DNA from: Myxococcota bacterium | GTDB lineage: Bacteria > Myxococcota_A > UBA796 > GCA-2862545 | DNA: 64,000 nucleotides | Direction: 5' to 3' | Assembly (NCBI GenBank): GCA_039208735.1 | Contig: JBCCQY010000034.1 | Location: 1-64,000, forward strand | Part shown: positions 1 to 10,009 of the stretch, piece after piece | Numbering within the stretch: the first letter of the stretch is position 1 | How the letters are laid out: the number at the start of each line of letters is the position of its first letter | Notes under the pieces: generated by a model | Seen by the model: the letters and a program-made list of their open reading frames with translations, nothing else | The model's database searches: none | Told to the model about the DNA's origin: nothing | Made by a program: the position numbers and the translations under genes

Positions 1-368
1 GTTCCGGCGCCTCAGATTGCTACGAAGATCCCCACCCGAGGCTGTTCGAGAACCTGGCCACAGACTCCAACTTTCTCCAGTTGGAGCTGTGGGGCGGCGA
101 GGGGACAAACCGAGCCGCCATCGGCGCTCGGGTGGAGGTCCGAACCGGCGACGTCCTTCAGGTGCAAGAGGTCAACGGCGGCGGAGGGCAGTTCGGTGAT
201 CAGACCGAGCTGCTGCTGCACTTCGGGCTGGGCGAAGCCTGCGAGGCTGAAGTCGCGGTGCGGTGGCCAGATGCCACCCTCTCCGAGGAGACGTTTACCC
301 TAGGTGGCGGGTACCGCTACCGCATCGTGCAGTTCACTGGCGAGGCCGAGGTCGTGCCTCTGCCTTGA
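1..368 (+). CDS. ASPIC/UnbV-domain (CRTAC1-like) protein, C-terminal part; 5' end outside window
   Basis: Frame open from window start: PRLFENL...NFLQLELWGGEGTNRAAIGARVEV...QEVNGGGG...LLHFGLG...VRWPD matches the ASPIC/UnbV pattern. Confidence 0.85.
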   Translation, partial: SGASDCYEDPHPRLFENLATDSNFLQLELWGGEGTNRAAIGARVEVRTGDVLQVQEVNGGGGQFGDQTELLLHFGLGEACEAEVAVRWPDATLSEETFTLGGGYRYRIVQFTGEAEVVPLP

Positions 369-489
369 CCCTGTTGACGACGTCGACGAGCCACGCCGTT
401 CCTTGCTTGCGCGGCATTCGAAGGTGAGCGCACCATTCGATCGGCGTCGTCTGACGTTCGCTCCTCGAGCTACTGATTTGAACCGTCGC

Positions 490-1419
490 CTACGCTTCGG
501 TCGGATGAGCCACATCATGGGGCTTAGGCTCGTCATCGAAGGGAAGCGCCCGCCAAATCGCGAGCGCAATGCTCCCCGCTACGAGCCCAACCGCAAAGTC
601 AACGCCAAGGGTCGCGAGCGTCTCAACCGCTCCGGGCAAATGCAGTCCGTGGAGCCCATCGTGCACCCACGTGGCGAGCGGAGTAATGCCATGCAGAATG
701 ATCTGACCCCCAACGAGCACCATCGCGATGGTGCCCACCCAAGACACGCCCTTCATGAGATAGGGAGTTCCCTTCAGGATCGCGCGACCGAGCCCTGCGA
801 ACCCCGCATCCGCTTGGACGAGAGCCGCGCCGAGGTCATCAAGACGTACGAGCAGAGCAACCATTCCGTAGACCCCCACCGTCATCGCCACCGCAACGAC
901 ATAGAGGACGGCGACTTGGGTCCAAAAGTCTGCATCCTTTACTTCGCCAAGGGTAATCGCGACGATCTCGGCCGATAGAATGAGGTCGGTTCGAATCGCC
1001 CCCTGGACGCGTTGCCGTTCGAAGGTCTCGGGATCGACGCCTGCAGCAGGGGAAGCATGCGTCTTCTCGTGGTCCTTGGGATGTTGCACCTTGTGGAGGA
1101 TCTTCTCGACCCCCTCGAAACACAGGTACGTGCCACCGGCCATCAACAGTGGCGTCAGAATCCAGGGCACCAGCGCGTTCAGCACGAGAGCCGCGGGGAC
1201 GAGGATGATTCCCTTGTTGAACAACGAGCCCCGTGCGACCTTCCAGACCACAGGCAGTTCGCGGTCTTTAGACAGTCCAACCGCTTGCTGAGCCGTAACC
1301 GCCATGTCGTCGGTCACGAGCCCGGTGGTCTTCTTGGACGCCGCAAGGGTCAGGGTGGCGACATCATCGGCAAGGGCGCTAACGTCGTCGAGCAAGGCAA
1401 GCAGACCGCTAAAGGCCAT
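490..1419 (-). CDS. yedI: DUF808 family inner membrane protein (YedI-like)
   Basis: GLLALLDDV...KKTTGLVTDDMAV...RELPVVWKVARGSLFNK, LCFEGVEK, GAIRTDLILSAEI motifs. Confidence 0.9.
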   Translation of the reverse strand: MAFSGLLALLDDVSALADDVATLTLAASKKTTGLVTDDMAVTAQQAVGLSKDRELPVVWKVARGSLFNKGIILVPAALVLNALVPWILTPLLMAGGTYLCFEGVEKILHKVQHPKDHEKTHASPAAGVDPETFERQRVQGAIRTDLILSAEIVAITLGEVKDADFWTQVAVLYVVAVAMTVGVYGMVALLVRLDDLGAALVQADAGFAGLGRAILKGTPYLMKGVSWVGTIAMVLVGGQIILHGITPLATWVHDGLHGLHLPGAVETLATLGVDFAVGLVAGSIALAIWRALPFDDEPKPHDVAHPTEA

Positions 1420-1703
1420 GGACTCTCCGCCACTGGGTGGGGGTTCGGCACCACGTACACATGGACCTCGTCGCAGTCAACCACCAAGCTGCGGTCGGCG
1501 GAATCGCAGCGCTAATCCGGCGGCTGCGAAGACCGTATGAGATGTGATTTCCTTCACACGGATCCGACCCTTCTTTCCTTCGGTCTCGCCTGTGTCGCAG
1601 GGTCTGGCGAATTCGCCTTTTCATTGGCTGAAGCTTGAGACAGAGCTGCGACGGATCATAGGCGAGCCGCGAGCCAGTGTGGGTGGAGACACTGGAGTTT
1701 TGA

Positions 1704-2906
1704 ATGACACTGATTTGGTTGTCCGCGGTCGCCTTCGCACAGGACCCGTGCCCGGCTGGGGACGTGTGTTTCCCGGCTAACTACTGGGGAGCTTCCTGCG
1801 ACGGGGTGTGTGGTTTCGTGAACGGGACCATCGCCTGCGACCTCGATCTCGGTTCCGCAAGCTACGACTACATGGTTGCCATCTCAGATTTCGATGGCCA
1901 TGGCTCCCCGTCCTACAGCATCTTCGGAGGCACGGAGCCGGGAGGAAGCACCGGCTCCAACTTCGCCTGTTACTTCGACAACAGCCCTGCGGTCAGTACG
2001 ATGGAACTCGGCGGCTCGGGGGCAGACGATTTAATCCAGTTGGATTACGTCAATGGCTTTTGGCAGCTCGACGACCTCCTCTGGGTTTACGTATGGGGTG
2101 AAGCGGGCCAGGACACGATTCGAGGCACCAACACGGCGGTGATTGACTTTCTTTATGACGGTCACAACAACGACACGCTGAGTGATGGCCGATGGATGTT
2201 CGGAGAGGACTCGCTCGACACCATCACATGCTCGGACGACTATCCGTGCAGCTGTGAAGGCGGCGATCACGATGACACCATTGATTGTGGCAACAACCAA
2301 AACTGCCAGGCGTGGGGCAATCACGGCAATGACGTGATCACCGGCTCAGATTACGCGGACTTCCTTTATGGCGGAGTTGGCGATGATGAAGTCGATGGAG
2401 GAAAGGGAGCGGACACCATCTATGGTGGACCCAACCACGACGTCTTGAACGGTGGCGAAGGCGAAGACACCATCTATGGTGACGGTGGGCCGGACATCAT
2501 CGATGGAGGTCCGCACGACGACACCTTGTACGGTGGAGACGGCAAGGACAAGATCTTTGGTTCGGGCAGTGACGACGTCATCTACGGGCAGATCGGCGAC
2601 GACGAGCTGCGAGGGGGGCCCGGCGACGATGTGATCGAAGGCGGGCCTGGGCATGACCAGGTGAACTCGGGAACGGGGAATGACGAGATGTTCGGCGGAT
2701 CCGGTGACGACACGCTGTGTGATGGGTTCGACCTCTACCAGCCGGACACCATCGTGACGGGTGGGGGAGGCCAGGACCGCGGTTGGGTCTATTACGTCGC
2801 TGGAGCGACGGTGACCTTCACCTCGGTGGAGTCCTGTGGCCACGCCAACTACGACCTTACCTGCACGTTGCTGTTTCCTCCTACCTGCATCAGCGAAGCC
2901 CCCTAA
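1704..2906 (+). CDS. Secreted calcium-binding protein with hemolysin-type (RTX-like) GGxGxD repeats and Cys-rich ends
   Basis: GGAG RBS; signal peptide ending AFA; many repeats such as GGVGDD, GGKGAD, GGEGED, GGPGDD, GGSGDD. Confidence 0.85.
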   Translation: MTLIWLSAVAFAQDPCPAGDVCFPANYWGASCDGVCGFVNGTIACDLDLGSASYDYMVAISDFDGHGSPSYSIFGGTEPGGSTGSNFACYFDNSPAVSTMELGGSGADDLIQLDYVNGFWQLDDLLWVYVWGEAGQDTIRGTNTAVIDFLYDGHNNDTLSDGRWMFGEDSLDTITCSDDYPCSCEGGDHDDTIDCGNNQNCQAWGNHGNDVITGSDYADFLYGGVGDDEVDGGKGADTIYGGPNHDVLNGGEGEDTIYGDGGPDIIDGGPHDDTLYGGDGKDKIFGSGSDDVIYGQIGDDELRGGPGDDVIEGGPGHDQVNSGTGNDEMFGGSGDDTLCDGFDLYQPDTIVTGGGGQDRGWVYYVAGATVTFTSVESCGHANYDLTCTLLFPPTCISEAP

Positions 2907-2910
2907 AGGA

Positions 2911-3612
2911 CTAGGCGATCTGGTGCGGATGGTCCTCTCGCACCGCCAGTCGTTGCTGGGCTTCGAACGCAGAAGCCGCGCGCCGCCGCTCACCCGATGC
3001 GATCTGCGGCTCGGATCTGCGAACGGCCTCGGCCGTCTGAGCCTTGTTCATGCGCATCCGAGCTGCGGCTGCCCGTTGGGTGGCTTCTGCGGCCACGGCC
3101 ATGTCTTGCGCTGAGGGATTGCCCGGGGCCAGGGCCGCTGCGCGCACGCGTTGCATTCGGTCGATGGTCCCCTGTGCAGTCGAGCCACCGCCCATCTTGA
3201 CCACCACCTCACCACCCACCGCATACTGCCTGCCGTCCGGACCCCTCTGATAGACAAAGGTGGGGACGCCTCCGCCAATTGCAGCATGCGCGGCCTCGTG
3301 GGCGCGAACCTCGGCGTCCCTCGCGCGCAGTTCGTCGACCACCGCTTGGTCTTCGTCAGACAGCTCGCGAGGACCTGGGGCCTGATCCTCGCCTGGCGAG
3401 GCCCCGATCGGGTCGCGCAGCAAGGACTGGCGAGCTTCTTCCCATAGTTGGGCGTAGGAGGGTCCAAGTTCAACGGGCTCAATGGCATTGGCGTCGGACA
3501 ACTGAACCACATCCCTCGTTGAGGGGCTGTTCAACGCTGGAGCGTCGTCCCTCTCGGCCCGAAGACCAGGAGGTTCCGTGAACGGGACTTGGATTGGTGT
3601 CTCAACGCGCAT
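2911..3612 (-). CDS. SprA-related family protein (HExxH motif)
   Basis: ELRARDAEVRAHEAAH...YQRGPDGRQYAVGGEV...RAAALAPGNPSAQDMAVA. Confidence 0.85.
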   Translation of the reverse strand: MRVETPIQVPFTEPPGLRAERDDAPALNSPSTRDVVQLSDANAIEPVELGPSYAQLWEEARQSLLRDPIGASPGEDQAPGPRELSDEDQAVVDELRARDAEVRAHEAAHAAIGGGVPTFVYQRGPDGRQYAVGGEVVVKMGGGSTAQGTIDRMQRVRAAALAPGNPSAQDMAVAAEATQRAAAARMRMNKAQTAEAVRRSEPQIASGERRRAASAFEAQQRLAVREDHPHQIA

Positions 3613-3685
3613 ACGGACCTATCGGAACACCCAGGGTGAGGTTCGAGTCTACGCAGGACCTTCGCTTTCGCGGAACGAACTGCGA

Positions 3686-3700
3686 TTAATCCAGGATTAA
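3686..3700. promoter_or_regulatory. Perfect palindrome TTAATCC-A-GGATTAA, operator-like
   Basis: AT-rich dyad in the intergenic region between divergent genes. Confidence 0.4.
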
Positions 3701-3752
3701 GCGGACCGAAAGTCACCGCGCCCATACCTCCAGCAAAGCCTTGGGAGGTCAC

Positions 3753-4844
3753 GTGCGTCAGTTCTTGGGAGTCGCCATGGGATCTGCGTGGATATTCGCG
3801 GGATGCGCACCTGCGGACGAGCCATTGCAGGAGGCATCGTGGTTGCAGTCTGCCTACTTTGACTGGGATTTGTTCAACCATCGCGTCTCGGCCCTGCGCT
3901 TTGGCTTCGCTGGCGAGGACGTCGAGCTGGCGGTGGTGGGTGGGACCTCCACCACCAACACTCCCGCCGATCTCGACGACACGTGTGACCCGTCCACGTG
4001 CCAAGAGTTTCCGTTCGAGGACGTGTCGTTTGCTCAAATCGGGTGGGGGCGCGTGGTCAGCGATGAGGTGGTGATGGGGCTCGGGACCGTGACGCTGGAG
4101 GTTCCCCAAGGAGGCGCCACCGGCCAGTTCGACATCGCGCTCCCCAGGATTCCCGAAGGCGAGGTCGTAGCACTTCTCGCGGGCTTCACCGTCAACACGG
4201 ACCATCCGTTGTCGGGCGACGAGCCCGCCTGCTATCGCCCGGAGTACGGCTGGCACCCCCGTCGCTTCACCCTCGCGATCGACGCGATCACCATCGACGA
4301 GCCGTCGGACAAAGGAATCGTCGAAGTCACGGCACGGTTCGATGCCGGCCCCACGTTGGAGCCCGAGCGAGCCTGCATCGACGACGTAGTGAGTCGCTCC
4401 GTGGTGACCGTGGAGGTCGACGTGCTCCTCCTCGCCGGTGTCGACGACGTGTCTACCGAGGTGGTGAACTCGAGCGCGACCTACCCGATAGGCCCGGGGG
4501 GACGAAGGGAGCCCGCTGCACAGCCCGAGGTCGCGCCATCGCCCCTCGAGACGAACGCCCCGCTGGTTGGATGGTCCAGCCTCGACTTCGCCTTCGATTC
4601 AGGCGAAGACCGTGGCTCCTACCTGCGCAGCTTCGGGTTCGTGCTCGGCCCCGACGGAGCCGCTGGCGTGGCCACGAACTTCTCTCCCTTTACCCAGCTG
4701 ACGGACTTCGCCTATGCCTTCGAAGGAACGCTCGAAGCCCTTCAGCTCGACGGAGACATCGAGACGGGCACCGTGACGGTCGAGCGGCTCCTTCCCTCCC
4801 TCGATGGGTCAGACCAGCCAGTCGTCCAGCGCTTCTCGCGCTGA
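3753..4844 (+). CDS. Hypothetical lipoprotein
   Basis: GGAGG RBS before GTG 3753; lipobox-like IFAGC; long open frame. Confidence 0.75.
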   Translation: MRQFLGVAMGSAWIFAGCAPADEPLQEASWLQSAYFDWDLFNHRVSALRFGFAGEDVELAVVGGTSTTNTPADLDDTCDPSTCQEFPFEDVSFAQIGWGRVVSDEVVMGLGTVTLEVPQGGATGQFDIALPRIPEGEVVALLAGFTVNTDHPLSGDEPACYRPEYGWHPRRFTLAIDAITIDEPSDKGIVEVTARFDAGPTLEPERACIDDVVSRSVVTVEVDVLLLAGVDDVSTEVVNSSATYPIGPGGRREPAAQPEVAPSPLETNAPLVGWSSLDFAFDSGEDRGSYLRSFGFVLGPDGAAGVATNFSPFTQLTDFAYAFEGTLEALQLDGDIETGTVTVERLLPSLDGSDQPVVQRFSR

Positions 4845-5681
4845 AGCGACATGTTCTGGAGGAGCGGGCTCAAGGTCACCGAGACTCAGGTGCGCGATGA
4901 CGGCGTCAGGTTGGGGGACAAACCCCACCAACCCCATCGAAGGCCAAGGTCCCTGGGCACGGAGCGCGTCCCGGATGATCGCACGGGTGGTCCGCGCAAC
5001 ACCGGCTCGAACCACGATCGGTTGAATCGGGAACGGTCCGATGGATGTCAGCACGCGAACGTCTGCCGGCAGCCGAGGGCTGGCACCAACGGCCGCGAGC
5101 GTAAGCAACGTACTGTCGATCGTGATCGCATCGACCGTCTTACGGACGAGCGCCTCGATCGAGCCTGCATGCGAACCGGTCAATCGGACGCGGCCGAAAA
5201 AGCGGCTCGGAGAGGTGCCGAGGGAGGCCAGCGCCGATGCCATCCCCCACCAGCCGCTCAAGGAGACGGGATCGTTGTAGCCGAAGCAGCCACCATGCAG
5301 GTCGGAGATCGACTTGGCGGGATGGTCCCGGCGGACCACCACCGTGGCATAGTAAACGGGCTGACCAGCGTTACGAGAGTCGTCAAACAGAGGCGCAACC
5401 CCCAAACCCACGATGCTCCGACTCGGCTGCGCCCGCAGCGAGAGGTAGGATGGCGCGCAGATGAAGCCCACATCTGCCTCACCGCGAGCAAACGGGTCGT
5501 CCTCGGGGGTCGGCCCCGATCGGTTGGTGCGGGAGGCGACCTCGACCGGCCGCTTGAGGGCCTTCGCTAACACCCGACCAATCCGCTCGTAGAACGCCAA
5601 CGGAATGCTCGGCGCAAGCCAGGTCACGAGCCTCAGACTGGCGTTGTCGTCCTCAGCCCTTTGCCACACCCGTCCGTCCAA
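4809..5681 (-). CDS. PhnD/SsuA-type phosphate/phosphonate substrate-binding protein
   Basis: DVGFICAPSY, PVYYATVVVR, YNDPVSLSG, GSHAGSIEAL...DAITIDS motifs; start uncertain; no ABC permease adjacent. Confidence 0.8.
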   Translation of the reverse strand: MDGRVWQRAEDDNASLRLVTWLAPSIPLAFYERIGRVLAKALKRPVEVASRTNRSGPTPEDDPFARGEADVGFICAPSYLSLRAQPSRSIVGLGVAPLFDDSRNAGQPVYYATVVVRRDHPAKSISDLHGGCFGYNDPVSLSGWWGMASALASLGTSPSRFFGRVRLTGSHAGSIEALVRKTVDAITIDSTLLTLAAVGASPRLPADVRVLTSIGPFPIQPIVVRAGVARTTRAIIRDALRAQGPWPSMGLVGFVPQPDAVIAHLSLGDLEPAPPEHVASAREALDDWLV

Positions 5682-5753
5682 CGCCTCTACGAGCCCTCGT
5701 AATGGACAATGGCGGATCCGGCGACGACGACCTCCAAGCAGGCCGCCAAACCG

Positions 5754-7130
5754 CTAAGCGCTCGACGTCTTGGGGTTCCACGAGCGAGGTCTGGGACGTA
5801 CGGCTTCGTTGTCGGCGGCTTGCTTCGGAACCGCGCTCGGCAGGTGTACGGAAAACGTCGAACCTTCTCCGAGGGTCGATTTGACTTCCATCCGCCCGCC
5901 CATGAGGCGAGTCAGTTCACGACACAGGGTGAGGCCCAGCCCCGTGCCACCGTAGACGCGGGTAGTGGACTTGTCGGCTTGCTCGAAGGCCTCGAAGACC
6001 CTCTGCAAGTCGTCTTCGTGCATCCCGATACCGTCGTCCTGAACGACGATGACCACTTCCTGGGCCCTGAGGTCCGCTGACAGTCTCACGACGCCACGCT
6101 CGGTAAACTTGATGGCATTGCCAGCAAGATTGACCAACACCTGTTTGAGACGTTCGGGATCACCCGGAAGAAAACGAGCCTTCGGATCGATGTACACATC
6201 GAGCGAGTTGTGGCGCCTCAAGGCTAATCCTTCGAGCAATGCGCAGACCTCGTCGAACAACGGAACGAGGTCGAGCCTTTCGATACGCAGATCGAGCTTA
6301 CCGGCCTCGATTTTCGAGAGATCGAGAACGTCGTTGACCAACGCAAGAAGGTGGGAGCCCGCCAGCTGAATGCGCTCGATGTCGAGTCGAATCGGCTCGT
6401 CGGACTCAAGGTCCTCTTGCAGCAATTGCGCGTAGCCGATGATGGCATTGAGAGGTGTTCGCAACTCATGCGACATATTAGCAAGAAAGGCACTTTTCGC
6501 GTTGTCAGCCTCGAGTCGGGCATCGCGTTCCTTTACCACCAGCTGGACCAGCTCGGAGAGCATGTCAATGGTCGCCTTTGACATTTGTGCAGCTGCAAAC
6601 AGCATCGTGGCGATAACGGCAAACGCGGACACGCTCATCGAAAGGTAGGTCGTCTGCGTCAACGCACCCAAGTCGATGGGCTCGATGGGACTTCCAAGGG
6701 TCACCAGAAAGTACAGCAGCCCAGGGACGACCAATCCGCTCCAGAAGAACCACCGTTCTGACGGACGAACCAGGAGCAACACCATCGGAGGAAAGATGAA
6801 GGCAATGGTATGAAAGCCAGATGGAACACCGAGGAGGAAGCCAAGCGCGACGTACCCAAACAGGTTGACGGTGAACAGGAGGACCCTGGCGAGGGTGCGG
6901 TAGCCAACGTGGCTCGCCGCGATGGTTAGGCCCCAACCCGCGATGAGTCCGACAATGATCGCGACGGGCCGTGCGTCGACGAAGGACAGAATGACCGCCT
7001 GAGGGGTGGCGGCGCAGATCTCGGTGAGGGCGATGAGTTTGGCCGTCTGGCTACGCCGCTCCACATCAAGGGCCTCCATATCGGGCAGATGCGGGGCGTC
7101 GTCAAGACTCGCCTGTCGCAGTGGCTGCAT
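5754..7130 (-). CDS. Membrane sensor histidine kinase
   Basis: TM N-terminus; FLANMSHELRTPL H-box; NLAGNAIKFT, DDGIG, GGTGLGL boxes. Confidence 0.93.
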   Translation of the reverse strand: MQPLRQASLDDAPHLPDMEALDVERRSQTAKLIALTEICAATPQAVILSFVDARPVAIIVGLIAGWGLTIAASHVGYRTLARVLLFTVNLFGYVALGFLLGVPSGFHTIAFIFPPMVLLLVRPSERWFFWSGLVVPGLLYFLVTLGSPIEPIDLGALTQTTYLSMSVSAFAVIATMLFAAAQMSKATIDMLSELVQLVVKERDARLEADNAKSAFLANMSHELRTPLNAIIGYAQLLQEDLESDEPIRLDIERIQLAGSHLLALVNDVLDLSKIEAGKLDLRIERLDLVPLFDEVCALLEGLALRRHNSLDVYIDPKARFLPGDPERLKQVLVNLAGNAIKFTERGVVRLSADLRAQEVVIVVQDDGIGMHEDDLQRVFEAFEQADKSTTRVYGGTGLGLTLCRELTRLMGGRMEVKSTLGEGSTFSVHLPSAVPKQAADNEAVRPRPRSWNPKTSSA

Positions 7131-7145
7131 GAATGGTCTCCACGA

Positions 7146-8231
7146 TCAGGCGTTTGGACGAGTCAGACGACTCGAAAGCTCGAGAAGGCGCTCCGCGGTG
7201 GTCGCCGACATTCGGCCCATGCCGCACGAGCACGCCACATCTACGGCGTGACCACGGTGCTGCTCTACGATCGAAAGCAAGGTGTCGTGGTCATCATCGT
7301 CGAGTTCGGGGTGCACAAAGCCCGCAACGAGCCGTACTCCCTCGGGCATCGCGAGCTTGGCGAGCGGCTTGTAAAAGTCCGGATCCAGCGGCGGTGGTGT
7401 GGCGGCTTCAGCCAGCGGAATGTGGAGGTAGCGAAGTTCGTAGGTATCGGGCCATCTTGCGAGAAGGGCATTGGCAAAGCTCACCGCCTTGCGGATGCTG
7501 CCAGCCTTGATGAGGGCCTCGTTGTTCAGATCGCCAAAGCACAAATGGACGCCAAAGGGTACCGCTGGCCGCACTTGACGCAACAGGCGCACCACCCCGC
7601 CCGCAGGAAATCCATGAAGCAAATCGGGCAGCTGATAGGCCAAGGCAAGATTGCCTGGGACCTCGAGCTGAAAGGCGATGTCGCCCTCGTCCGCTTCGTC
7701 AAGGATCGCATTGGCCTCAAATGCCATGCGTCGGTCGAAGGTCGGAGCGTACCGAAGCGCATTCACCGGTGACATCATCGCGAAGGTCATGCCGATTCCC
7801 GTGGGAAGCCCCACTTGGAGTTTTAGATTCGGCAGGTTGTGAGCTTCCCGTAGCCGTTTGAACACCGGGTAGTTCTTACGGAATGCGTCTAGCCAACCAA
7901 AGTCAAGGTGCTCGAAAAGCGCCGAAGGAGCATGTCGCGGAGCAAGGCGGGGCCCTTTGTCATAGCCCGTGGGGAAGCCACTTTCGCCACGTTCCCCCTC
8001 ACGAATTACGCGAAATGCGGCCTCGTCTCTCATGCAACGGTCGATGATGACCTGGACCCAGGCGGCTCGCTCTCCGAGCGGGTACGCCTCGGAGTGTTCC
8101 CCGATCTCTCCGTCGGGAAGAGCCATCACGAGGCGGTCTCCGACCACCTCCAGAGCCTTCGTCATGGCCGTTTCTTCGTTCTCGAACGGCAGACTGCCGA
8201 CCAGCAGCACCCGGCGATGTTTCTCGTTCAC
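7146..8231 (-). CDS. Methionine synthase (cobalamin-independent) C-terminal-like TIM-barrel protein, function unknown
   Basis: LLVGSLP...LPDGE, QVGLPT, FGVHLCFGDL, AGFVH, VACSCGMGR motifs. Confidence 0.65.
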   Translation of the reverse strand: MNEKHRRVLLVGSLPFENEETAMTKALEVVGDRLVMALPDGEIGEHSEAYPLGERAAWVQVIIDRCMRDEAAFRVIREGERGESGFPTGYDKGPRLAPRHAPSALFEHLDFGWLDAFRKNYPVFKRLREAHNLPNLKLQVGLPTGIGMTFAMMSPVNALRYAPTFDRRMAFEANAILDEADEGDIAFQLEVPGNLALAYQLPDLLHGFPAGGVVRLLRQVRPAVPFGVHLCFGDLNNEALIKAGSIRKAVSFANALLARWPDTYELRYLHIPLAEAATPPPLDPDFYKPLAKLAMPEGVRLVAGFVHPELDDDDHDTLLSIVEQHRGHAVDVACSCGMGRMSATTAERLLELSSRLTRPNA

Positions 8232-8453
8232 CCGCCCTCCAGCCTTGGGAGGCTGACCCTACACCCTATTCGCAACGGGCAACCTGACATGAAGGCATCG
8301 ACGGTCTTATGAGCAAACGGGACGCAACACCAAGACGATCAGAAGAGGGGCTAAGCGATCCCAACAAGGGAACCGAGGCGACGAAAGCGGACCGCGTGGG
8401 CCTGCAGGCGCGTGGCGCTGAAGGTCAGCGGTATTCCAACAAACGAGTTTGCT

Positions 8454-9134
8454 CTAATTCGCCGGCTCGGTGTCGCTTTCGTCATCATCTTCCGACGTGT
8501 CTTCGTCCGATGAGCCAGCACTGTTCTTGAGCCGATGTTTGAGGGCCAACAGGGCCAACTTCTGCACACTCGGCCCTACGAACACGCCGATCTCGGGAAC
8601 TTCATTGAGGATGTCGGAGATGAAGGGAGAGTCTGGCGTACAATCCCCCGGGAAGCAGACATCCTCACGAATCGTTCCGACGAGGACACACTCCCACTCC
8701 CATTCGCTTTGGTCTATTCCATTGAGGACCACACGGGTTTCGTACACACCCACGTCGCAACTCGAACAGCACCATGTGGACGGAGACACAACCTGCATCG
8801 AGTTGACGACAGCATCGGGACAACCATCACCATCGTCGATTTCTCGCTCGCTGGAAGTATTGCAGCCTCCCAAAGGGATGTCCAAGACCCAGCCGTTGGA
8901 TTGCTGGATACCTGTCAGCTGGCAATCTCCATTTTCATCGGGCTCGTAGGACAAGGTGGTCTCGAAGCCATGGCATCGTGCCACGCCGCCATTGGTCTCC
9001 ATGGGCTGGGGATCCGTGCAGCTACCGAGTACGAATTGCTCGCACTCCGGCGGCTCCGGAGGATTCGAGGCGGCAACGTCTTGTCCAAACGCGCTGCCGA
9101 GCGATGAGACGATGAACAACAATCCAGTACACAC
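8454..9134 (-). CDS. Cys-rich secreted hypothetical protein
   Basis: AAGGAG RBS, GTG start, signal-like N-terminus, about 12 Cys, acidic tail. Confidence 0.65.
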   Translation of the reverse strand: MCTGLLFIVSSLGSAFGQDVAASNPPEPPECEQFVLGSCTDPQPMETNGGVARCHGFETTLSYEPDENGDCQLTGIQQSNGWVLDIPLGGCNTSSEREIDDGDGCPDAVVNSMQVVSPSTWCCSSCDVGVYETRVVLNGIDQSEWEWECVLVGTIREDVCFPGDCTPDSPFISDILNEVPEIGVFVGPSVQKLALLALKHRLKNSAGSSDEDTSEDDDESDTEPAN

Positions 9135-9467
9135 TTGCGCTCTCCTTTGAGATTCAGGTCAGGGTCACCGTGTCACGAAACCGACGAAGACAAGAGCCAG
9201 ATTGCTTTTTTGGCACCCCAGCATCGTCACGTGATGACAGTCGTACTTTCTGAAGTCGGTCTCCTGCGGCGACGAGGCTTGCAGTAGCTTGCAGTTGGAT
9301 TTGCGATTGAGTCACAACAGCCTACTGAGGGACTGCGGCTTCGAATGAGGTCCGCATGCAGGTCTCCATACGATGGAGAACACACGTTCAATATCCGGAC
9401 AAAATCTGCCCTAGTAACCAGCTAATCAAAGCTCATGGAACCGACCTTGCGGTTCCCTGGAGGTGCA

Positions 9468-9998
9468 ATGATTGGATTGTTCCTGTCCGTGGCCTTTGCA
9501 GGTGCTCTCGATGAGGGTCCCTACACAATCCAAGACGCAAGTGGGGCCAGGCTTGGCTTCACAAGCACGATCGGCCAAGGCATCGCCACGCTAGCCGGGT
9601 TTGAAGTCTGGGAGTGGCACCACGACCCATGGCCAAACTCGAACTTTTCGTTGGTCCCTGGCGCCACCTCGCCATCGCCCCACGCCATGGCCTATCCATC
9701 GGAGTCGTTCGGCCTCAATATGGTAGGCATAGCCGCTATTTTCGGTGCATCTGCGATCGTTTCAGTCGCCGATCGGCTCTATGCCGTTTCGGTGTGCACC
9801 AACAGCGAATGTATGCCCGTCGGCTTTGCATTCATTGAGAATGGCGGTGAACACACCACCTGGCTCGCCAACCAGGATTGGCCCCATGACCGCATCGTGG
9901 GGAGTCCTGAGTCCGTGATTCGTTTCGAGCATCTGGTCCAGGTGCCCGAAACCGACGAAACATTCCGTGTGCTCGAGCATGCGCTCGTGACCGATTAA
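9468..9998 (+). CDS. Secreted hypothetical protein, paralog of 10010-10573
   Basis: GGAGG RBS; signal MIGLFLSVAFA; shares DRLYxVSVC...DWP...FEHLVxVP...ET(F/Y)R with the next gene. Confidence 0.75.
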   Translation: MIGLFLSVAFAGALDEGPYTIQDASGARLGFTSTIGQGIATLAGFEVWEWHHDPWPNSNFSLVPGATSPSPHAMAYPSESFGLNMVGIAAIFGASAIVSVADRLYAVSVCTNSECMPVGFAFIENGGEHTTWLANQDWPHDRIVGSPESVIRFEHLVQVPETDETFRVLEHALVTD

Positions 9999-10009
9999 GG
10001 AGGTATTAC

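Noticed and set aside
2250..2720. DNA-level repetition as a CRISPR or tandem array
   Set aside because: Explained by coding GGxGxD repeats; no identical repeat-spacer structure and no cas genes
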